From NCBI RefSeq assembly GCF_009914755.1, contig NC_060928.1: a stretch of 64,000 nucleotides of DNA; one strand, 5' to 3'. The position numbers and the translations under genes were made by a program. The notes beneath the pieces are model-generated. The model was not told the DNA's origin. It worked only from the letters and a program-made list of their open reading frames with translations, and made no database searches. Within the stretch, counting starts at the first letter, position 1; each line of letters starts with the position of its first letter. This stretch comes from the human T2T-CHM13v2.0 reference genome, Homo sapiens. Below are positions 1 to 13,102 of this stretch, one piece after another.

Positions 1-1656
1 GATACTTGGCCAACTATTTTTTGCCCCTCTACGTACTGATGTCCTGGTTCCTCTTGCCCCTTTTTAATTTCATCTGTATCTGCTACTAGAACGACTGATC
101 CAAGTCTTGCTTCTTTTTTCATACCCTTGTTTGTTAACTGATTCTATAGTTCATTGGAAGAAATTCATTCTGGCTGTGTTTTATCTGAATCAATTCCTCA
201 TTGATTGGTCTCATATTGATCTTACAGTCACTAAAAATGTAAAGTGGGTGAACAAGTAATTACAAATTAAATTCATGCAGAAAATTTATCCAAGGAAAGA
301 TAACTTCCATTTTGTACAATCTGTATTATTTTATTTTAGATATGCACTATTTAAGTGATTGTCCCACTGTTGCACTGACTTTACAAAAATATCTTCAGAG
401 AGCAGAGAAGTAATTTTACTCCATTTTTCTCAAATATTAGTAGTAAATCATTTATTGAGTAGGTAATCATTTACTTGACAAATATTTATTGAGAGGCCAC
501 TATGTGCCAGACCCTAGGCAATGTAGCATTTTTGGCATCTTAAATTCCTTACTTTTCATATACCTGTACTTTTTAGATGAAATTCATGATTGCTGTATAA
601 AGATGCTGGGGATGGACATTTATTTTTTCTCATCACAGAAATGAACTAGCTGAGGCTTAGAGAAGTTTTCGTGACTTGACCAAGTTTATTCTGCTTAATG
701 GCACTGAGGATAAGACTTCTGATACCCTTGCTGGTCTTTTTTTCACTAAGAATATTAAAGATTAGACATTAAGAGATTAAAGCCCATAGGGAAAGACAAA
801 TTAGCCTTATATGTCACTTGGAATTACCTCATTAAACAAGTCTGATAGAAAATAATACTTCCACAGAATGAGTAAATGTTTGGAGTTCTGTCAAGAGATA
901 TTCTAATTAATTTTTTTCTGAAAATGTGATGGACCCTTTTGAAAATTCCTCAATTTTATCAAAACTAGTGGAAGTTCTGCCATTCTACTCACTTAGATGG
1001 TCATTTTTCTATAATGCTTTTCTTGAGGTACATTGATAAGAAATAAATATAAGCCATGTTCACATAGAGAGACATACAGCTGGGAAAATCTAGCCCACTG
1101 GTATTTCTGGGATACTTACTTGCGTGATATGGTAAATACAGTCAATGCATGGAGAGACACAATGTAAACTGTTACTTTGAAATGCTTGCTTTTGGCACAA
1201 CTTCATCACAGGCGTTTTACAATTTACAAGGCAGTATGGAGTAATGTTGACAACTTCTGTGTTTACAAATTCACTGGTTCCTCTTTACTCCAGGCAGGAT
1301 TTTTGGTTTTGGCACCTTTTCAGATGTTTGTCATTTCTTCCCAATGTGTTTGCATCTGATATTACTCTTTATTAGAATAGCTATTATTTTATCCCAAGTT
1401 GAATGGGCCTCAGTGAGCCTATTTGACTTCCAAAAGGAAATATTTGTTATCTGGCTGGATCTGATGCTAGGTCCTTTGCAAAATGCCTGGCTTCATTACA
1501 TTTAATACATCAAAACAGCGATTTTCTTTTAATAATGACTGAAGAACATGAAAGCTTGAACAATGATATCCAATAATTATCTTCACCTTTTTCAATGTAA
1601 AGTACTGAAAGCCTTTGAAAACAGCTACTTGGTCATCTTTAAGAAAGTAAGACTTA

Positions 1657-1905
<249 letters not shown>

Positions 1906-1967
1906 CTATGAACTGAGAGAAGTATTCAATAATTAGATAAAGATAAGAATAAAAATATTGGCCTGAC

Positions 1968-2185
1968 TAATACCTAACATTTACTGTGGGCTTACTTCAT
2001 GTCAGACAGTATTCTAAGATCTTCATGTGGGTTAGCTCATTTAATCCTCCAAAAAATTTTATAAGAGTTTTGTTATCCCCACTTTAAAGACATGAAAACT
2101 GAAAAACATAAAGATCAAGGAATTTGCCTAAGGATGCACAGTTAATAAGTGGTAAAGCTTGGAGTCTAACATGGGATTTTGTGCT
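1968..2185 (-). mobile_element. MIR SINE
   Basis: ctcatttaatcctc...tatccccacttta...gaaaactga...tgcctaaggatgcacagttaataagtgg resembles the reverse complement of the MIR core. Confidence 0.8.
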
Positions 2186-2394
2186 ACTTAAGTGTCGACT
2201 ATGGATTATTTATTGTGCTATGGTTATGGGTTATTGTCTTTAAAGGTTTATATATCCCATTAGAGAAAAAGCAGAAAACAACGTTTAGCAATGTACATTG
2301 TATAGAAGCCACTATGGTTTCTAGATAAATGGAGAGATACACTACATTTGTGGATTAGATAATTTAATATTGTTATTTTGCCTAAATAACTAGG

Positions 2395-3300
2395 CAATTT
2401 TGAAGGAATAGACAAGCTAATTCTAGAATTTATATGAAGATGCCAAGTATATAGAATAGCCAGTTTTAAAAATTAACAAGGAAGACTTACATTACCTGAT
2501 TTCAAGATTTTATATAAAACTAGAAGAAAGAATATAGTGTGATTTTGGAATGCAGACACATAGAATAAAGGGCTTATAATAGATACACATATATAGGATT
2601 GATCAATTTTTGGAAAAAGTGCTATGAAATTTCAATTGGGAAAGGCAGGTCTTTTTAACAAATGCTGATGGAACAATTGAACATCTGTATAGAAAACCCC
2701 TATGTTATTCTTACACACCCAAGAAATGGAAATGGCTCACAGACTTAAATGGAAAATACAGAATCATAAAGCTTCTAGAAGAAAACATAAGGTAATGTAC
2801 TTACAACCTCAGTGTAGGCAAAAATTTCCTGGAGAAGATAAAAAGAACACAGACCATGAGGGAAAAATATTGTTAATTTGAATGTCATCACAATTAAAAT
2901 TTTCTACTCATCAAAACTTACAAGCCAAAAACTAATATGAAAGGTCTTACATTTAGAACATATGAAGAACTTCTCCAAAGAGTCAATAAAATAAGCTAAT
3001 TAAAAGACAAACAGAATATGCTTCACAAAGAAGACATAAAAAGAGCCAAAAAGTATGTGAAAAGGTTCTTCAGCGCATGAAAAGTGCCTTAGTCCTTAAG
3101 GAAATGTAAAGTCACAATGAGTTACCACTTCACATCCACTAAATGCCAACACCAGATGTTACAGGTGTGGGTCAATTTTCATACATTGATGGTGAGAAGG
3201 TACAACACATCTGTCCCATGTATCACAACTCTACTTTTAGGTATTGAAGAGATAAAGAAAAGACTTGTACAAGAATATTCTTATTATAAAGTCTAAAATC
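2395..3300 (+). mobile_element. Old L1 (L1ME/L1M5-like) ORF2 3' fragment
   Basis: gacaagctaattctagaatttatatg, cttacattacctgatttcaag, cttctagaagaaaacata, cttcacaaagaagacata are degenerate L1 ORF2 3' motifs. Confidence 0.75.
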
Positions 3301-3331
3301 TTTTTGTGTGTATGAACAAAGAGGTTCTTTA

Positions 3332-5310
3332 CTTTTTAATTAAATAATAAAAATTGTTTACATTTATGGTGTCAACATGATGTTTCAATATATGTATACA
3401 TTGTGGAATGGCTAAATAAAACTGATTACCATATGCTTTACCTCACATGCTTATCATTCTTTTGTGGTAAGAACACTTAAAATCTACTCTGCTAGCACTT
3501 TTCAAATACACAATATATTGTTATTAACTATAGTCATTACGGTATTTCTTATATGGATATTATAATAAATTTATTACCTCTGTCTAACTGAAATTTTGTA
3601 TCCTTTGACCAACAGTTCTCTAATTCTTTCAATCTTTTACCTCCTATCTCTAATAACCTCAATTTTACTCTCCACTTCTATGAGTTCAACTTTTTTAGAT
3701 TCCTTTTACAAGTGAGGTTATGTGGCATTTGTCTTTTTGTTCCTGGCTTATTTCACTTGGTATAATGTCTTCCAGGTTCATCCATGTTGTTGCAAATGAC
3801 AAGATTTCTTTCTTTTTAAAGGCTAAGAAGTATCCCACTGTGTATATATACCACATTTCTTTATCCATTAGTTAATCAATGGACACATGTTGATTTCATA
3901 TCTTTGCTTTTGGGAATAATGCTACAATAAACGTAAGAGTGCAGCTGTATCTCCAACAAGCTGATTTAATGTCCTTTGTATATCTATCCAGCAGTAGGAT
4001 TTCTGGATCATACGATAGTTAATTTCAGTTTTTTGAGGAACGTCCATACTGTTTTTCATAACAGCTGTACTATTTTACATTTCCATCACCAGTGGCTAGG
4101 GTCCTCTTTTCTCCACAGTCTCACTAACACTTGTTACCTTTTTGTCTTTTTTTCCAGTAGTCATTCTAACAAATGTGAAGTGATATCTTATTTTGGTTTT
4201 AGTTTGCATTTCTCTGGTGATTATTGTTGAACATTTTTCCATGTACCATTTGGCAATTTTTATGTCTTCTTTTGAGAAATGCCTATTTACCTCTTGCCCA
4301 TTTTAAAATCTGCTTGTTTTCTTGCTATTGAATTGTTTGAGTTCTTAATACATTTTGGATATTAACTTATCAGAGGTATGGTTTACACATATTTTTCTCC
4401 CATTTCATAGGTTATCTCTTCACTCTGCTTGTTGTTTTGCTAAGCAGAAGCTTTTTAGTTTGATGCAATCTCATTTGTCTATTTTTATTTTTGTTGCCTG
4501 TGTTTTTGGGATTATATCCAAGAAATCATTGCCCAGACCAATATCAAGAAGCCCTTTCCTTTATAGTATGAGATAAGGGCCCAATTTCATTCTTTTGCAT
4601 GTGAATATCCAGTTTCACTGACACCATTTATTGAGACTGTCTTTTCCCTCTTGTGTGTTCTTGGCATCTTTGTCAAAGGTGAGTCAGTTGCCTGTAAATG
4701 CATTACTTTGCTTCTGAGCTACCTGTTCTGTTTCATTGGTCTACATGTCTGCTTTCATGCCAGTAAAATTTTGTTTTGATTACTATAGCTTTGTAGCAAA
4801 CCTTAGAATCAGGAAGTGTGAAGAGTTCAGCTTCGCTCTTTTGCTCAAGGTTGTTCTGGTTATTGGGTATCTTTTGTGGTTCCATGTGAATTTTAGGATT
4901 ATGTTTTTCTATTTTTGTGAAAATGTTATTGGAATTTTGGTGGTAATTGTATAGAATGTGTAAGCTTGCTTGGGTGGTATGGACATTTTAACATTTTAAA
5001 ATAGGCATTTAATTTTAATAGTGATATTTCCAATCTATGAACATGGAATATTTTTAAATTTATTTGTGTTTTCTTCCATTTCTCTCATTAATGTTTTATA
5101 GTTTTTAGTGTACAGATTTTTTTCAACCTCCTTGGTTAAATGTGTTCCTAATTTTTATATTTTACTTATATGTAGCTATTGTAAATGGGATTGTTTTCCA
5201 GATTTTTTCAGATAATTTGTTATTAGTGTATAGAAATGCTACTGATTTTTGTATGTTGATTCTGTATAGTGATACTTTCCTAAGTTACCTCATTAGTTAT
5301 AAGTCTTTTA
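3332..5310 (-). mobile_element. L1MA-type LINE, 3' UTR and ORF2 3' half
   Basis: tatatgtatacattgtggaatggctaaa...gtggtaagaacacttaaaatctactct is an L1MA 3' end; continues as antisense ORF2. Confidence 0.88.
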
Positions 5311-5562
5311 TTTTTAATTATTTTATTTTATTTATTTTCTTATTTTTACTTTTTTTTATTTGTATAGAAATGGTTTTCTGTTCCTGTGCTAGTTCACTTA
5401 GGATAATGGCCCCCAGCTCTGCCCATATTGCTGCAAAGGACATAATCTCATTCTTTTTTATGGCTGCATAGTATTCCACGATGAATATGTACCACATTTC
5501 CTTTAACCAGTCTACCACTGATGGACATTTAGGTTGATTCCATGTCTTTGCTATTGTAAGTA
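5311..5562 (-). mobile_element. Short L1PA (old subfamily) 3' fragment inserted into the L1MA
   Basis: T-rich tail, then tggttttctgttcctgtgctagttcacttaggataatggcc...ggctgcatagtattcc; minus ORF 5318-5518 encodes the ORF2 C-terminal motif YYAAIKKNEIMSFAA. Confidence 0.85.
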
Positions 5563-6450
5563 GTTAATAGTAGTTTCTTATGATTCTTTGTATTTATGTG
5601 GTATCAATTGTAATGTCTCTTCCTTCATTAATGATTTTATTTATTTAAGTGTTCGCTCTTTTTTTTCTTAGTTGGTCTATCTAAAGTTTTCTCAATTTTG
5701 TTTATTTTTTCAAAAACGTACACTTGGTTTCTTTGATGTTTTGTGTTGCTTTTCTAGCCTCTATTTTATTTATTTCTGCTCTGAAAGTTAGTATTTTCTT
5801 CCTTTTGCTAAATTTGGGCTTAGTTTGTTCTTTTTCTCATTATCCGAGGTGTAAAGTTAGGTTGTTTGAGATTTTTCTTCTTTCTTAATGTAGGAATGTA
5901 GGTATTTATCACTGTATCTTCCCCCTTAGAGTTGCTTTTGTTACAGTTCATAATTTTGGTATATTGTGTTTTCATTTTTCTTTTTATAAATATGCTTTTT
6001 GATTTCTCTTTTGATTTCTTCTTTGACCCATTGATTGTGTGGATATAGGTTGTTTAATTTTCCCTTATTTTTGAATTTTCCAATTTTCTTCATGTTATTG
6101 ATTTCTAGTTTGTTACCAATGTGGTCTAAAAATATGCCTGATGTGATTTCAATCTCCTGGAGAATATGCCACTTTCATTTGAAAAGATTGTGTGTTTTTG
6201 CTGCTGTTATATGAAATGTTCTATATAAGTCTGTTGGGTACATTTGGCGTATAGTGTTGTTCAAGTCCACTATTTCTTTACTGATTTTATGTCTGGATGA
6301 TCTATCCATTATTGCAAGTGGGACATTGGAGTTCCCTACTATTAGTATAATATAGCTGCCTATTTCTTCCTTCAGTTCTGTTAATATTTGCTTTATATAT
6401 TTAGTTGCTTTAATTTTGGGTGTTACACATTTTTCATACCAATAGTCATA
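5563..6450 (-). mobile_element. L1MA-type LINE, ORF2 N-terminal/endonuclease region
   Basis: minus ORF 6175-6462 (YIKQILTELKEEI...DRSSRHKISKEIVDLNNTI...DLYRTFH) is a decayed L1 APE domain. Confidence 0.85.
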
Positions 6451-6458
6451 GCCATTAA

Positions 6459-6590
6459 CCAAATATGGTCATTGTGTCCTTAAAATGGGGTTAATGTGGT
6501 TAAGAAACTGAATTTTTAGTTTTATTTCATTTTAGTTATTTTAAATTTAAATAGTCATTGCTAGTGGCTATCTATTGGACAGCACAACTC
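6459..6590 (+). mobile_element. MER3-like hAT-Charlie remnant
   Basis: gaaactgaatttttagttttatttcatttt...aatttaaatag...gctagtggcta...attggacagcac. Confidence 0.7.
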
Positions 6591-7171
6591 TGTATAGTTA
6601 ACAACAGATTTACTCAGCCTCTGTTTTCTATATACATTGTAGTTACAGGCTAGTTGCATACAAAAGTAACCTGTACATTTCTTCTGACCTCAACTACTGG
6701 TGGCCTCATGGCTTCATGCACCTTCTAGGTTGTGGCATGTGCCGCAAAACAGTTGGATAGAACCCTAAGTGAACATCTGGTTTAGCCTCGACAAATGCTT
6801 TCCTCACTACCACCCAATACCAGAAAGAGTTAATTGTTCCTGGCTGTTGGTCTTCCAATTTAAGCTATTTGATCTTTGCATGCTCGGTATGTCTCCCTTA
6901 AAAGAGAGTTGCTTGCTATATTGCATGTTGAAAATATTGAAAGGTGAGAGATGGTTATTCTTGATCACTCTTTAGATTTAACCACAATGTTGCTGCAAAT
7001 GCATCTCGCAAACTACTAGGTGAAATCATGGAAAATTCTGGAAGAAAAGGAGAGAGGTGTAAGTCATTCTGCCTTATTTTATGCATCTAATAATGACAGT
7101 AATTATTTTGTAAACACAAAATTTAGAGGAAAAAATGCTAACCTGGATGGATGCCTAGTTAATAGATATAA

Positions 7172-7212
7172 TCTGGGACTGTCTCAGGAAAATTGAGACA
7201 TATGGTCACCTA
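7172..7212. mobile_element. hAT-Blackjack (MER94-like) terminal fragment
   Basis: ctgggactgtctcaggaaaattgagacatatggtcacct resembles the Blackjack-family terminus. Confidence 0.4.
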
Positions 7213-7973
7213 ATGGATAAGCCATTATCTTGCTTCAAACAAAATTTCAACCATAGAGAAGAATAAATAAAAGCATAAGGAATTTATAATTGGAATCAAA
7301 ACTCTAAAAAATTCAAAAAGCATAAAAGAGGTGAGATTCACTTAATATTGTGTTTTGGGGAGAAATGTACTATTAAATTATCATCTGTTCTCTCAAAACC
7401 AAGTGAAGAATTAAATGCATGTGAAATTCACAGTAGAAAATAGTTTATTTCTTGTAAAACGACAGTTTCTGCTAAAAGTACAGCCAAGTCTATTTAATAT
7501 GTGATTAAAGGCAAATTTTTTTTGAAGTTTTTGCACATTGGGGTGAAAGAGAAAGGACTGGAAGTATTTCTATCATGAATTAATGGTTTACTCCTGAAAA
7601 GCATTCAATTTCTAAATTAAATATTTTGAAAAATAAGAAACTGTTGTAAGCATAAGTTTTTAATAAGATCAGTGTATCCTCTGTTTATTTGATAGTAAGT
7701 AAGGAAACAAGCAACTAATCCTGTAATAAACTAATAGCAGTTACATAAAAATATCAATTAAATTGATATTTGGGGGAATCTACTAATTTTTATTACACAT
7801 CTCAGTCCAACTTACAGAGTTATAAAATCCACTGTTAGCCAATATATCTGTGTAAATTTGTCTGCCTAGAGTGAAGGATCTGGCTTATAATGGTACCACC
7901 AAATCCACAGAAAACTTAACGAAATTAAAGACAAAATTAAGAACAAAAGTGAATGAATATTATATGTACTTGA

Positions 7974-8331
7974 TGATATGGTTTGGCTGTGCCCCCATCC
8001 AAATTTCATCCTGAATTGTAGTTCCCATAATCCCCACGTGTCATGGGAGAGACCCGGTGGAGATAATAGAATCATGGGGGCGGTGCTCCCATCCTTTTCT
8101 TGTGATAGTGAGTTCTCATGAGATCCGATGATTTTATAAGGGGTAAGCTTACCACTTTGCTGGGCACTCATTTCTCTCTCCCGCCCTGTGAAGAGGTACT
8201 TTTTGCCATGATTGTAATTTTCCGGAGGCCTCCCCAGTCATGCAAAACTGTGAGTCAATTAAACCTCTCTTCTTTATAAATTGCCCAGTCTCGAGTGTTT
8301 CTTCATAGCAGCATGAGAACAGACTAATACA
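7974..8331 (+). mobile_element. THE1 (THE1C/D-like) MaLR solo LTR
   Basis: starts tgatatggtttggctgtg, ends cagactaataca; ATTAAA signal; 5-bp TSD cttga/cttgg. Confidence 0.93.
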
Positions 8332-9526
8332 CTTGGTCATTTACATATTTTGGATTTAGTAGTGTTGAAGGTTTCTAAGGAAGCGAAAGAAGTTAGGAAT
8401 GCTGTCACTATTGTGTAAGTGATTAGTCATATATTTCTGAATAAACTGGCCATTTTATGAAGTATGTAAATAGAGCAAAGCCAATAAATGCAGAAACCTT
8501 CACTCATCCAAAATATGTTGTACCTATTATGCACTTACTGGTGGAGAGGGAGGGAGTCCCAGAGATTATCAAAAACATGAACAATTACGTTGAAAACTCC
8601 TCATTCAAGTGGCCAAGGAATCAAGTGTTCTGTGGATATTAATATCCAAATTTAAATTTATCTTAGTTTAAAAATTATATTTGAAGTAAATAATATGCTT
8701 TTCTTTTATGTTCAAAAGTTTCTTGTTTGACATCTGAAAGAATGACAAATTCAGAACTATTTTTCCTTATGTAAAGAAAAAAATCTAAAATAAACATAGA
8801 CTAAGGAGTAATTTAGAATCTATTTTATTAGTATACAAATTTATATTTTAAATTTGTTGAACTAATTTAAAGTATAGAAAATAATTTTAAAGAATAATGC
8901 ATTTTGGAACTATCATTTAATTGGAGGGAAAAAGCTGCAAATGACTTTTGGGTAAGTGTATGCAAGAATTTTATAGACTTAATATGACTATGGTCCCCAA
9001 AACTTACTTTTATCATACCTCTGTCTATCTTAAATGCATCAAAGCCATTTAATCATCTTGGTACTTTGTTAATGCTACAAGGTTTTCAAAGTCATATTCC
9101 TTTTATTATTAAATTACTACATATTGCTGAGATTTGGCCAATGGTTCACTTCACAAGGGTCCTAGCCCTGCCTCATTGTACATTATTATATTTATTAAAT
9201 ACGTATTATGAAGTATGGCACCAAAATTAAGGTTTCTTTTACTCTTAGGCTCTAAAATATTAATATCTGTTCTTTTAGTTTGAGACTTGAAACTGATTAT
9301 ATATTTAATTTCAAAACCTACTCTTTCAAAAAAAGATTTATATTTTTCATTTTTACCCATTGATTGTGAAAAGAAATAGGATTACCCCACATCATTGAAA
9401 AAATAACTACAAGTCTATCTTTCCTGAAAAAAGTATAAATTATTTTGATATATAATTAATGCTTTTTACATTTCTAACTAAAGTTAGCATCTCTCATTTC
9501 TGTTGTTTCATAGGTAGATAGATTGA

Positions 9527-9977
9527 TGTATTAGGGTTCTTAGAGAGAGACAGAACTAATAGAATATATATATATATATATGAAGGGGAGCTTATTAAGT
9601 ATTAACTCACACAATCACAAGGTCCCACAATAGGCCATCTGCAATCTGAGGAGAAAGGAGAACCAGTCTAAGCCCCAAAACTGGAGAACTTGGAGTCCGA
9701 TGTTTGAGGGTAGGAAGCATCCAGCACGGGAGAAATATGTAGTCTGGGAGGCTAGCCCAGTCTAGTCTTTTCACATTTTTCTCCCTGCTTTATATTCTAG
9801 CCACACTGGCAGCTGATTAGATGGTGCCCACCCAGGTTATGGGGGCAGGGGCCTTCCTTTCCCAGCCCATTGACTCAAATGTTAATCTCCTCTGGCAACA
9901 CCCTCACAGACACACCCAGGAGCAATACTTTGCATCCTTCAATCTAATTAAGTTGACACTCAGTATTAACCATCACA
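9527..9977 (-). mobile_element. MLT2A (HERV-L, MLT2A1-like) solo LTR
   Basis: tgtattagggttct...gttgacactcagtattaaccatcaca; perfect 5-bp TSD attga (9522-9526, 9978-9982). Confidence 0.93.
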
Positions 9978-10384
9978 ATTGATAATAGATGGTAGATGAA
10001 TAGAGAGACAGATGACATATAGGCAAACAGAGAGACAAACATAGATTTGTGTCTTGTTTTTCTTATATCTTTACCAACCTCCCATTCCCCTTTACCCAAA
10101 TTATCATACATCTCATGGTATGGACGGTGGTCACTCTTAAAACATTGCATGAAATGATAAACTGACTATTTTATAGAGAAAGTTGTCTTGCAATCTCCTG
10201 GATTAACATATTTTTACTACGAGATTCCCCGAAATGTTTTATATCCCAGTACCTACTAGAGTGCTTGTTGATAGTAAGACATATAATATTTGTGAAACAA
10301 AAAAAAGTGCTACTTAAATGCAAGATTCTTATTGGACATTGCCCTTGTAAGACTGCTGTCACTGCTCTCATTCTTAACATGTTC

Positions 10385-10680
10385 TTTTTTTTTTGGACAG
10401 GGTCTAGCTCTGTTGCCCATGCTGGAGTACACTGGTACAGTCATAGCTCACTGCAGCTTTGACTTCCTGGAGACTCAAGGGATCCTCCCACTTCAACCTC
10501 CTGTGTAGTGGGACTAAATGCGTGTACCAGCACACCCATCTAATTTTTTAAAAAATGTTTTTGTAGAGATAAGATCTTGCTTATGTTGCCCAGGCTGGTC
10601 TCGAACTTCTGGCCTCAAGGAATCCTGGCACTTGGCCTCCCAAAGTGCTGGGATTACAGACATGAGCCACTGTGCCCAGC
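10385..10680 (-). mobile_element. AluJ-type SINE
   Basis: gacagggtct...catagctcactgcagc...ctcaagggatcctccc...aaagtgctgggattacagacatgagccac. Confidence 0.9.
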
Positions 10681-11815
10681 TTAACTTAGTATAGCTTTTA
10701 TAAGTTTATTCTCCGACATTTCACTTTCAGTTTTCTGGATAAACTTATTTTGTCATCAAGTAGCAATTTTGGTAACATTAGTTTGGACAATAGAGGGAAA
10801 TTTCATGCATATCTTGTCTTATCCAAATGTTCAGATACCTGTTTTTGAAACTTCAGGTAATTCTATTAAGGTAGAGTCTAGGTAGGTATCCATATTATAT
10901 TCTTGTTTAAAGGAGGGTTATTCTCTATATACTGAATGATAAGATTCTTTGATTTAAAAAAAAAAATCAAAAGATATATTTGATAGCCCTAGGACCTAAA
11001 TGGGTTGCCAGGTTCATAACTTAGAAGAATTTGCTCTTTATAACTTAGCTCAAGAAATCATGCTTTCATTGCATGCTTTCAAAACATCCTGTCAAAAGAC
11101 CTCACTGAAATTAATGGCTCAGAACCGATGCTAAGCTTTCAAGGATGCTGCAGTGATTTATTGAGTGGTGCCAGTCTCCGGCTTCACTGGGTGGAGAGCA
11201 CTTGTCTTCATGTAACAGGGCTAATATTACTTCAAGCTGTTGTCAGTTGACTCGGTAAAATTGCTTAGATACACTCCCCACACAGTTAGCTGGTGATGAT
11301 TACCCTTAAGTATTCACAGAGCAGAAGCCCTGGGGAAACACTAATTAGCCACCCGCAAGGAAGATGTTCCAGCCACATAAACAATCTCCTGAAGTCTCTG
11401 GGCTGTAATGAGGACTAAGCCCCAGTGACAAAACCTGCCCTGTGCTGTGCTGCTGCATCAAGTTTCAGCAATTTTCAAGGAGAAAGTGATTGGAGTCAGG
11501 CCCAGGGATGCACGGAATCCACTAATCACCACAAAGAGACTTTGGGTACTGGAAATCCACAGGGGAAAATTGGCTCTTATGAGCTAAAGGAGACACTTGC
11601 GTATGTTGTTAAAAAGTGTGGGGGCAATCTGCTTAAATATTTATATATTTAAGGTATATTGGGGTCTCTTTGGTCTTTGCATAGTTGATACCTTGCTCTC
11701 TTTCTTTTAACTAACTAAAAAGACAAACAATAAACCCATATCTTTACTCAAGCTGACTAGTGACTTTATTAATGTCTGTTTATAGCTTTTTTCTTCTTTT
11801 TCTCTCCATTAATAG

Positions 11816-11859
11816 AAGACTAATCAGGTTGACAACACAGAAAGAAAGAATGACACAAG
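11816..11859 (+). other. Candidate 44-nt internal exon (host transcript unknown)
   Basis: long pyrimidine tract ending TAG at 11815; donor AAG|GTATGT at 11860; lies in unique sequence. Confidence 0.35.
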
Positions 11860-13102
11860 GTATGTGTATGTGGATTTGATGTGTAGGTACATTTATTGCG
11901 GCTTCGTACTGTGAATGTGTCTGGATCTAAATGAGGGACAAGAACGATTTATCAGGTTTTCATGATGCAGAACTTTGGAGAATCAAAAGTTAATGGGAAC
12001 AGAACAAACAACTCTTTCCGGATCCCTAGTAACCACAGAAGATTAGAGAAAGAAAAAAAATATAAATTCTGAAAATGACTGCTAGAGGAGAATTGGAACA
12101 TGATCAGTCTCTCAGTTCTCAGCAGTGGAGGGGACCAGTAGATGTTTTCTCTGGCTCAAAATCAAAACAGCAAAGTTGAGAAGTATAAAGAGACCATGAA
12201 TGACCACTAATTTCTAAAATAATCTTGAGATCCTTGATTTACAGTAAGCAAAGGTAAATTCACTTCCACATGGGAAAACAATGATTTTTCAACTACTTAG
12301 ATTAGAGTGGCATCTTCAACTGTTGGTGTCAATTCCAACCGGGGCTTTTCTTGGCCCTATAGTGAATGTGACTCAATTGCTAATTTCATGTTACATCTAA
12401 TTTACATCTTAAAGTAAAGTCCCAAGAAAGGCCAGGAAATTTGGCAAATGAGAACTAAATGTAAAAAACTTTTTAATTGTTTTTCCACAGATTTTGAAGA
12501 TTAAACATAATCTTCATCAAACCTTAGGAATAAACAAATATTGTGTAATATGTTAGAAGTAGCTGTACTATGCATCAAGTATGGTGTGTATTGGCATATT
12601 TCAAGGATTTTAGTTACAGTTGCTATGGTTTACTGGAAACAGATAACAGAAGAACAAAAAGTTCAAAATGAAATCATTGAATTTTCTGTTATAAAATGTG
12701 AAAAATGGCAAATGATTTCTAGATAGAATATTTGCTTATATTGTATAGTGAATATTTATATTTTAGTAAGTAAAATCCTTTCACCTTATTGATAAATCAT
12801 TTGATTTACATGAATAATAAAATGAATCACTAAAGGTTAGCATGTAGACTTTCTTGTAGCTTTGCAGAAAATCAAATTTTTGGGTGAGTTTGAATAACTT
12901 CTACAAGGCACGTGAAACAAATTCCCATAATGACAAATATTCTTAGTACATCTTACTCTCACCTACACTTTTTTGGTTGTGCTATATTGATTTTTTAAGT
13001 TTTACATAGTTAAAATATCATTCATGGGAAAAACATTTTGTTCTAATTATATAAAATATATTTCACAATAATAAACTCAAGTCAATTTCTCTTAAACAGA
13101 GC

